A DNA stretch of 32,000 nucleotides, taken from contig CAIQKM010000194.1 in NCBI GenBank assembly GCA_903872345.1, positions 5,448 to 37,447 of the forward strand, read 5' to 3'. The position numbers were made by a program, and so were the translations under genes. Below are positions 24,613 through 31,187 of this stretch, piece by piece (within the stretch, counting starts at the first letter, position 1; the number at the start of each line of letters is the position of its first letter). This stretch comes from an uncultured Verrucomicrobia subdivision 3 bacterium (lineage in GTDB: Bacteria > Verrucomicrobiota > Verrucomicrobiia > Limisphaerales > UBA11358). Under the pieces are notes generated by a model. That model had not been told where the DNA came from. It did not search any database and saw only the letters and a list, made by a program, of their open reading frames with translations.

Positions 24613-26016
24613 TCATCTGAAGATGCAGAGCGGTCGGATATGCTGGATTGTGGCAAGGATGGCCTCGGAAGTGAGACCTTCCGGCGGGACTTCAAGGAGG
24701 TGGATACCGGGGTGGTGCGCCTCTGGAAGTGTGAAGAGGTCGTGGTAGATTCGTCCAAAGGGGCTTCGCGCCAAATGCGCCGAATCGCGAACTGCGAGCA
24801 GAATGCGGGGCTTGCACAGGTTCTTCCTCAGCGTTGCCGCATACGCCGACTCCGACAAAACCCACGATGTTACTTCCGCCTCGCCGTCGAGCACCGCGAT
24901 AAACAGCCCGCATTCGCTCAATCCGCGCATCAGATGCACCCGCCACAGGCTGCCAGCTTCGATGGTCGAACGGTCGAAGAACACCGGATGTCCCGCCGCC
25001 GTCAAGTGCGCGTGGCACTCGCTGGCCGTGCGCACCGACCAGTCGGAGCGATGCATGTAGCTGATGAAAACCTGCCGCGCGCGATAGGCTCGCAGCGGAA
25101 TCGCACCCGAGGAAATGGATTTGCGCCCGATGTCCAGGAGTTCGCCAGCCAACGGCCCGTTTGCCTCAAGCAGGCGTTGAATTTGGGACAGCGAAAAGAG
25201 CTCCGCCCGTATGCGTCGGCAGTAGAGATAGAGAGCACGGATCCCCAGCGCAGGCGCGAAACACAACGCGATTTGTTTGTCGCATCCAAGCTCATGGCCT
25301 GTCCAAAGTGCGACACCCGCAATTGTCCCCAAGGCGAATAGGGGCAGAAAAAAACTTTGGGACGGCACACGACGGACGACAAAGACCACAAGGGAGAGAT
25401 TTCGAAACGCCGTGGCCACGAAGTGAGCAAGGAAGAAGGCGACTCCGAAACTCAGCACCGTCTCGACCATCGGGTCACCGAGAATCGTCCAAAGGAACGG
25501 GTGCCCGGCAGCACGCAACACCGCACCGGCCAAGAGCGCGCCGAGACAGAGATAACTTGCGGGCCAGAGCAAGTCGAGCGGGCGGTAAAGCCCCTTGCAG
25601 ACGAAATCTCGGAAGCCGCGCACTACTCCGAGCCGGTTCATGGCATCGGCCTGTTCGAAAAAGGCGATGATGGTATGCGCAAGTCCGGTGGCGTCCTGGG
25701 AAGGAGTGCGTTGCACGAAGTCATCCCAGCGCGAACCTATTGGCGGAAGTTCCCCAAGAACATAGAGGCGGAAGGTACCCCAGCCGGTCGTGGTGCGGAT
25801 GACCCGCTCCTGCTCTGAACCCATAGTGCCCAGCAAGGCAGACGAGAGCACGACTGCATGCACGATGGGTTGGGGAAATGCTGCGGCTGTGATGTCCGCA
25901 ACTTCCTCCAAATCAATCTGGGACGCACGGCCCGCCTCCTGCATAACCTGTCTGATCGACGCGATGTCTTCGGGCCAAGAGCCTAGGAAAGTGATGCGAA
26001 AGGGGCGCATGCTCAT
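24613..26016 (-). CDS. Membrane-anchored TIR protein (N-terminal cytosolic domain + ~4 TM + C-terminal TIR)
   Basis: 467-aa ORF with an ATG start. TM stretches include YLCLGALLAGAVL, VLSFGVAFFLAHFVATAF, FFLPLFALGTIAGVALW and IALCFAPALGI. The TIR domain (~24613-25060) reads RQVFISYMHRSDWSVRTASECHAHLTAAGHPVFFDRSTIEAGSLW...LFIAVLDGEAEVTSWVLSESAYA, with the conserved Glu present. Confidence 0.8.
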   Translation of the reverse strand: MSMRPFRITFLGSWPEDIASIRQVMQEAGRASQIDLEEVADITAAAFPQPIVHAVVLSSALLGTMGSEQERVIRTTTGWGTFRLYVLGELPPIGSRWDDFVQRTPSQDATGLAHTIIAFFEQADAMNRLGVVRGFRDFVCKGLYRPLDLLWPASYLCLGALLAGAVLRAAGHPFLWTILGDPMVETVLSFGVAFFLAHFVATAFRNLSLVVFVVRRVPSQSFFLPLFALGTIAGVALWTGHELGCDKQIALCFAPALGIRALYLYCRRIRAELFSLSQIQRLLEANGPLAGELLDIGRKSISSGAIPLRAYRARQVFISYMHRSDWSVRTASECHAHLTAAGHPVFFDRSTIEAGSLWRVHLMRGLSECGLFIAVLDGEAEVTSWVLSESAYAATLRKNLCKPRILLAVRDSAHLARSPFGRIYHDLFTLPEAHHPGIHLLEVPPEGLTSEAILATIQHIRPLCIFR

Positions 26017-26495
26017 TCTTGGTAAAGGAAGTTGTAGTGGGACATTGCTGCGGTGCCGCCGGAGGCCAGGCTGATAGGGAGTTGTAGATACCTAGGGTAT
26101 TCGATTCGGGTAAATACCAGCCAGACAGTGGCGGCCACCAGGAACGGGAAAACGATCGCACGCGGCCAGCAACCGCCCGGAAAGGCATCCGCATCATTGT
26201 AAGCAAAGGCTTGCGCGAGGGCGGTCTTGCCCATGCCGCCAACGCCGTGGATACCTTCGGCAACTTGCTCGTCGGTTATACCCCAACGTAAATCAACCTC
26301 GCACCATGCGATGTCGCGGGAATCGCAAATCTTACGCAACTGTGGGAAGATAAACTTCACCAAATGATCTCCGGGCACCTTTTTTTCAGATCTTTCGCTC
26401 CGGATATGCAAAGCACCATGACGTCTCCTGTCAGAACGTGGATGGCACTCAGCCCATCCTCGGCGGCATCCAAAGAGGTCATGCAGTCGTTCCAA
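26013..26495 (-). pseudogene. Remnant of a DUF4062/STAND gene (DUF4062 core joined directly to a P-loop, then a short hydrophobic tail)
   Basis: KFIFPQLRKICDSRDIAWCEVDLRWGITDEQ parallels VFPRLEQLCAQNGFQFQAIDLRWGVSSEA of the 1-3142 gene. It is followed immediately by IHGVGGMGKTALAQAFAYND (an NB-ARC-type Walker A) and then ends. The roughly 250 aa normally found between these elements, and the rest of the NTPase, are missing. The stop overlaps the start of the TM-TIR gene as ATGA. Confidence 0.5.
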
Positions 26496-26608
26496 GCATC
26501 CATATTGCGACCGTAGAAGTCTGGGAAACCAAACGTCTTGGAGAAGTAATCGTGAAATGAGTCCCAGTCGGTGATCTTGCTCCCGTCAATCTGGACGTTC
26601 TTTGTCAT
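26357..26608 (-). CDS. Barstar-like (RNase-inhibitor family) small protein, possibly truncated or frameshifted at an A7 tract
   Basis: MTKNVQIDGSKITDWDSFHDYFSKTFGFPDFYGRNMDAWNDCMT compares with Bacillus barstar ...[38 protein letters not shown] (recalled). The track start at 26644 is TTG; the ATG at 26608 is preferred. The frame ends 24 nt after a T7 run on the plus strand (26380-26386). Confidence 0.6.
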   Translation of the reverse strand: MTKNVQIDGSKITDWDSFHDYFSKTFGFPDFYGRNMDAWNDCMTSLDAAEDGLSAIHVLTGDVMVLCISGAKDLKKRCPEIIW

Positions 26609-26727
26609 GGCGAAGTGGTTTAATTCAAGCTGGCCGAAGGTCAATCTGGCAGATGTGCGGCAAAAATCGAGTGTTTTTCATAATCCGTGAGCAGCCAGTT
26701 AAACGAGCCGGGGCCGAGCGGCGAGCC

Positions 26728-27531
26728 TTAGCTCGCGGCCCCGGCGGTCGAAGGTTCGTCAGACTTGGATTTAGTCTTTTTGTTTTTGTCCTCTTTTCCG
26801 GCAGCGGTGGCATGGTCTTTGAGCCGGTAGCTCCTGCCAGTAATGGCAATTGTCTGGGCATGGTGCAGGAATCGATCCAGGATCGCACCAGCCGTGGGTA
26901 CGTCGCCGAGGAGTTTGCCCCATTCCTCCAGTGGCCGGTTGCTGGTCATGATGGTGGACCGGTTTTCATACCGGCGCATGATCACCTCGAACAGATGTTC
27001 GCCGGAGTTCTTGGGCAGTTGCTTGAGTCCAAAATCGTCAATGATTAGGAGTTCCGGGTTGAGGTAACGCCGCAGGGTTCGGTCCTGCTGGTTGAAGGCT
27101 TCGTCTTTCATGAAGTCACGCACCAGATCGAAGATGGAGCGGTAGAGCACTTGGAATTTCATCTTGATGGCCTCGTACCCTATGGCTTGCGCCAGATGCG
27201 TTTTGCCCACGCCGGGCGGGCCAAGGAAAAGGACATCCTTGGCCTGGCGGATGAAGTTGCCGGTGGCCAGGTCAAAGATCTCCTTGCGGTGGACGGTCGG
27301 ATTGAAGTTCCAATCGAACTCTTCCAGCGTTTTCAGGCCACGGAAATCGGCGGCCTTGGTGCGGCGTTCCATCAGCCGTTGTTGGCGGACATTGACTTCG
27401 TCCTGGCAGATCAGTTCCAGGAACTCAGCGTGGCCAAGTCGGTTGGCGACCGCTTCTTGCAGCCGCACGTCCAGGGTTTGCAGCAGACCGGAGAGGCGGA
27501 GTTGTTTCAGGGTATTTTGCAGGGTGCTCAT
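26728..27531 (-). CDS. istB: IS21-family helper ATPase IstB
   Basis: 267-aa ORF. Walker A is VLFLGPPGVGKTHLAQAIG and Walker B is LLIIDDFGL. The overall layout is DnaC-like. Confidence 0.95.
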   Translation of the reverse strand: MSTLQNTLKQLRLSGLLQTLDVRLQEAVANRLGHAEFLELICQDEVNVRQQRLMERRTKAADFRGLKTLEEFDWNFNPTVHRKEIFDLATGNFIRQAKDVLFLGPPGVGKTHLAQAIGYEAIKMKFQVLYRSIFDLVRDFMKDEAFNQQDRTLRRYLNPELLIIDDFGLKQLPKNSGEHLFEVIMRRYENRSTIMTSNRPLEEWGKLLGDVPTAGAILDRFLHHAQTIAITGRSYRLKDHATAAGKEDKNKKTKSKSDEPSTAGAAS

Positions 27532-29117
27532 AGACAGGTTTTGGGTTGGGGGTTAAAACAATCCGGCGTTAATGCCTCATAAGCATCCAACGACCGGATC
27601 AAGGGGTGGGTTTCGAGAAAATCAAGTTGTGGTGATGGCCCGGCCCGTTCCAACAACGTGCGCAAGTCCCTCAAACGCCAGGTGCCGTGATGCAGGGCCT
27701 TCTCAGTCGCGCTTTCCAGTGCCGCCACAGGATGTTTGCCAGCCAGGGACAACAGACCATGCAATACTCGTGTACCGATGGGTCCGCGTTGTTGCACCAT
27801 CGCTTCAGCCCAGCTCCCGGTGTGTTTGCCAATCAGCCGGGCGCGATCCAACAGGTAATCCAGATTGTGTTGCACGACCCGCCGGTACGGTGAATGCACA
27901 TGCAGCGGGTCAGTGGCGAATTTACCAGGTTCGGCGCGGGCGTGCAGGGCGACTTGTTCCCGGCGCTGGTTGAACACGCGGACCAACTGGGACTCCCAAC
28001 GCACCCAGACCTGTCGTCCAACATACTCCGGGGGCACCGAGTAATAAGCCCGTTGGAACTCAACGTAACCGTCCCGGTGGACACTGCGGGGCGCTTCCTC
28101 AAAGACCGGAAACAAACTGGACGGCAGCGGCAATAGCTTGGCTCGCTCCACCTCGTTGAACACTTTGATGACTTGCTGCCGGGTTGTGCCGTGAATGCGC
28201 GTATCAGCCACCGTGCGTTCCCAATCCGCCAAGAACAAGTTTTGTTCCGCCAGACTTGTGAACAGCCGACCCTTGACCGCGTTGTTCTGGCCATACTTGA
28301 CGCCGGCTTCGACTTTGCCTTTATGGCGGGGCATGGCTGGCCGGGTGGGCATAATCACCGTGCCGTAATGGCGGCAAAACTCCTCCACCTTCGGGTTGAT
28401 CTCCGGATCGTACCAATCCGCCCGCGTGACGGCCGCCCGTAAATTATCAATCACCGTTGTCTTCGGAACCCCGCCAAAGTGGCGATAACTGTTCTCCAGG
28501 CATCGGATAAAGCTCTCCGTGGTCTGCCGCCAGACCACCTCGCTGTAGCCCTTGCGCGAATGGCTCAAGACTACGCGGAACAAATGCGGGCGCTTGCGCT
28601 TACCGTCCACCACGACCCATGCACCTTGTCCAAAATCCACTTGTGCCTCGGCTCCGGGCTCGACTTCCATCCGCACAAAGGGCACTGGCTGGGTTTTCCT
28701 CAAATGCCTCACGAATCGTTTTACGGCCTGATAACTGCCTGTGAAACCGTGCTCACAAACCAAGTCCTGATAAATGCGTTGAGCGCTTAAACCCACCGCC
28801 ACCGCTGCCACTATCTGGGGTGAATGCGGTTGGCAAAGGCTCTGGCGACCAGCAGTTGACCCGGCGGTCGAAATGGCTGGTTTTGGACTTGGTTCAGCCT
28901 CAGAGCCGGAGATCGGAATGGCTGGTTTTGAATTTGGATCAGGTTCCGAGCCGGTGGTCGAAATGGCCGGTTTTGATCGCGCCAGTACCAGATACTTGCC
29001 CACCGTCTCGCGGTTGATGCCCAGCTCACGCGCAATCCGCCGGTTGGACCAGCCGTTGCCCGCCAAAGTTAATATTGAATGCTGCAAGTTCACGTTGAGT
29101 TCGTTCATTGCGCCCAT
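27528..29117 (-). CDS. istA: IS21-family transposase IstA
   Basis: N-terminal HTH reads GWSNRRIARELGINRETVGKYL. The rve/DDE core reads EAQVDFG...LFRVVLSHSR...DN. The track start at 29156 is TTG; the ATGs at 29117 or 29108 are preferred. Confidence 0.95.
   Translation of the reverse strand: MGAMNELNVNLQHSILTLAGNGWSNRRIARELGINRETVGKYLVLARSKPAISTTGSEPDPNSKPAIPISGSEAEPSPKPAISTAGSTAGRQSLCQPHSPQIVAAVAVGLSAQRIYQDLVCEHGFTGSYQAVKRFVRHLRKTQPVPFVRMEVEPGAEAQVDFGQGAWVVVDGKRKRPHLFRVVLSHSRKGYSEVVWRQTTESFIRCLENSYRHFGGVPKTTVIDNLRAAVTRADWYDPEINPKVEEFCRHYGTVIMPTRPAMPRHKGKVEAGVKYGQNNAVKGRLFTSLAEQNLFLADWERTVADTRIHGTTRQQVIKVFNEVERAKLLPLPSSLFPVFEEAPRSVHRDGYVEFQRAYYSVPPEYVGRQVWVRWESQLVRVFNQRREQVALHARAEPGKFATDPLHVHSPYRRVVQHNLDYLLDRARLIGKHTGSWAEAMVQQRGPIGTRVLHGLLSLAGKHPVAALESATEKALHHGTWRLRDLRTLLERAGPSPQLDFLETHPLIRSLDAYEALTPDCFNPQPKTCL
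28860..28994 (-). repeat. Three in-frame tandem 45-bp repeats inside istA (15-aa units, SKPAIST/PKPAIST linker)
   Basis: GGCTGGTTTT / GGCCGGTTTT cores lie at 28875-28884, 28920-28929 and 28965-28974, exactly 45 bp apart. The encoded protein reads ...SKPAISTTGSEPDPNSKPAIPISGSEAEPSPKPAISTAGS... Confidence 0.8.
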
Positions 29118-29159
29118 GAGCAGTCCTGGCTGCCCAATGCGCAATGCTTCCCTCAAAGT

Positions 29160-29194
29160 GGCTGGTTTTCATTCGACCCTCCCTGGCTGGTTTT
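29160..29194 (-). promoter_or_regulatory. Two direct GGCTGGTTTT repeats in the istA-proximal IS terminus (candidate transposase-binding sub-repeats)
   Basis: Exact 10-mers lie at 29160-29169 and 29185-29194 (25-bp spacing), between the IS end and the istA start. IS21-family ends are known to carry multiple sub-terminal repeats. Confidence 0.5.
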
Positions 29195-29569
29195 GAGTGA
29201 CCGCTGACAGAGATGATCCATTGACAATATACCCCTTCGCCAACGCGGACCTTGATGCGCCAGCACAAGGCTAAGATCAAACATGAAGGCTTACAGTGGT
29301 TCGAGTCAACTACTGCTTTTGGCAGTAAATGACTGAAATGTGGACACTAAAATCACAATAATTAGACAGTCTAGCTAAAAGAAATCGCTGGAGCAGAGAT
29401 CGCCCGTGCCAAAGAGCATATCGAAAAGCCACATGTTTTTAGATAGATTAAGGGTTGGCGGTTTCAAAGAGCATACCCGAGACAACATTTGGCTAGGTGA
29501 GCCTAGAGTACTAGGGTGGCAGCGAGAAGCTGAAAGGTAGGAATATTAATATTTTAAGGATTCGATGAA

Positions 29570-31183
29570 TCATTGCTTTCTGAAAAATCGCCCCAACATC
29601 CGCCAGAATATGCCTTTGCCTCGCGGATGCATTGGATCTCGGGAAATGCCTTCAACGAATCTAGCAATGGTGATTTCTCTGGCTATCCGTACCTCTTCAT
29701 CATCGAGCGGATACTGATCCACCATCGGCTTGATCAGCAGTGGATTTAATCGCCATAACTCTTCCCGCATCACCCGGCCCAACTGGCTGAATTCGTCCTG
29801 TCCAATGGCTGTTGGTCCAAGCACCAGCTGGCGATACGAAGCTCGAATTGCTTGGGGGCTGCCCGTGGCCAGAATATGGAAGAGCAGAAGCCGACAGGCC
29901 TCCCGACAAATTGGCTTCTCCGCCTGAACTGCCAACTGCATGCAGGCATATAGGCAGTGCTGATATTCCTCAGGATGCTGGCCCTGGATATTGATCATCG
30001 CCACCCTTGCCGTCTCAGCTGAAAAATACGTGAGCAACTCCGCAATAAAGCAAGGATATCTTGGCCCCCAAGCCGGGCCAGCTTCGGCAACCCGGCGCAA
30101 CATTCCTTTCATAACTTCCCGGAATCCGTCATTGCTATTGGGACGGGATAAGTCCCGGCGCGATGTCAACTGGACCGAAGTACTGATCCGCTCAGCTACA
30201 GCGCCGAGAATTTGGTCATCGTGGGAAATCGGCATATCTAAACTGGCCAAGATCCTCTGGGCGAGTTCGACATCGGATCGCCCTTCGGGGCCAAGATCCT
30301 GAGCTTTTCTAAGGCAAAGATTTACCACTTCGCGGGCTTCACTGCTGTGACCTAATTTTTGTAGGGCCAGAGCTTTGTTGGTCAAGGGCTTGACGTAACC
30401 GATGGGGCAAGCGGCCAGCGCGCGGTCGGCGCATCTAATCGCTTCGTCATACTGGTTAACTAAAAGTAGCCATGCACTTTTGAAGTTCCACAGGATGTGG
30501 TTCTCGGAATCTAATGCGAGCGCCAATTCTATTTCACGGAGTGCCTCCTGAAGAGCCAGCCGCTCTTCGGGCGGAAAGCCTTCGCCGCGGATGGCACGCG
30601 ACGCTTCGGCAGCCTTGTCCAATTCACGCAGAGCAAGTACCCGGCCTTGGCGCAACGCCAGTTCGTTATCCAAGCTATGTTCGCCGGCCTGAAGCGCCAG
30701 TTCGGCAAACGCGGCCAGCTCACTGTGCTTCCCGTGAGTTTGATATTCCACTGCGGCGCCAGCTAAGACTTCGGCATAGCTGATGCCATTGGTCAGGGCT
30801 TGATTGATGGAATTAAAAAGCTGGAGATCCGGATCGTCAGGAGCCAACGCTCGCGCAATCATTTCCTGTCGCTGGTACTCATCCTGATTTCTGGCATATT
30901 TGGCCGAGTTGAAAGACGAGAACAGATAGTTCTCGTTGTTCCTGGCTCGGCCGGGCGCCTGTTGCTGGGCGCGGAGAAAACATTCCTGGGCTTTTACGCC
31001 CTGACCAATAAAATCCTTGCGAATTAAGCCTTCAGCATATTGCACTTGTGGGTCATTCTTAAATTTTCGGTGGAGAAATTCCAACCGGTCCAGTGATAAG
31101 CTGAGCCACCCGCCCTCGGCATCAAGGAATGCTCGGTTCAGACAATTGAGCTTGTCTTCGTTGTCTAATCTGTAAAAGTTCAT
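29570..31183 (-). CDS. TPR-like helical-repeat protein, function unknown
   Basis: The track ORF extends to 31261 and overlaps the upstream gene. The ATG at 31183 (MNFYRLDNEDKL...) lies 4 nt after the upstream stop. TPR-like segments include ALREIELALALDSENHILWNFKSAWLLLVNQYDEAIRCADRALA and NKALALQKLGHSSEAREV. Confidence 0.7.
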   Translation of the reverse strand: MNFYRLDNEDKLNCLNRAFLDAEGGWLSLSLDRLEFLHRKFKNDPQVQYAEGLIRKDFIGQGVKAQECFLRAQQQAPGRARNNENYLFSSFNSAKYARNQDEYQRQEMIARALAPDDPDLQLFNSINQALTNGISYAEVLAGAAVEYQTHGKHSELAAFAELALQAGEHSLDNELALRQGRVLALRELDKAAEASRAIRGEGFPPEERLALQEALREIELALALDSENHILWNFKSAWLLLVNQYDEAIRCADRALAACPIGYVKPLTNKALALQKLGHSSEAREVVNLCLRKAQDLGPEGRSDVELAQRILASLDMPISHDDQILGAVAERISTSVQLTSRRDLSRPNSNDGFREVMKGMLRRVAEAGPAWGPRYPCFIAELLTYFSAETARVAMINIQGQHPEEYQHCLYACMQLAVQAEKPICREACRLLLFHILATGSPQAIRASYRQLVLGPTAIGQDEFSQLGRVMREELWRLNPLLIKPMVDQYPLDDEEVRIAREITIARFVEGISRDPMHPRGKGIFWRMLGRFFRKQ

Positions 31184-31187
31184 AGGT

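Larger units (their letters stand above)
26654..29209 (-). mobile_element. IS21-family insertion sequence (ends approximate)
   Basis: It carries an istA + istB pair with an ATGA overlap. The istA-proximal end reads inward as TGTCAGCGGTCACTCAAAACCAGCC (plus-strand ctgaca at 29204-29209). That is a typical IS21-type TG terminus followed by two GGCTGGTTTT repeats. The candidate other end is TGTGCGGCAAAAATCG at 26654. The IR match is poor and I could not identify a clear target-site duplication. Confidence 0.8.

Noticed and set aside
24388-25818. Plus-strand ORFs of 317, 169 and 153 aa antisense to the TM-TIR gene
   Set aside because: They are Arg/Gly/Pro-rich shadow frames. The minus-strand frame gives TM helices and a TIR domain.
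28860-28994. Regularly spaced 45-bp repeats considered as a possible mini CRISPR-like array
   Set aside because: The repeat units are contiguous with no unique spacers. They are in frame within istA and encode a repeated peptide linker.
29290-29310. ggttcgagtc resembling a tRNA T-loop, considered as a possible tRNA or att remnant
   Set aside because: The flanking bases do not form a T-stem and no acceptor or anticodon arms are evident.
29542-29553. Perfect 12-bp palindrome AATATTAATATT just downstream of the TPR-like gene, and an 11-nt repeat caaagagcata at about 29410 and 29466
   Set aside because: These are short A/T-rich elements in an A/T-rich spacer, expected by chance, with no supporting context such as paired half-sites near a promoter that I can define.
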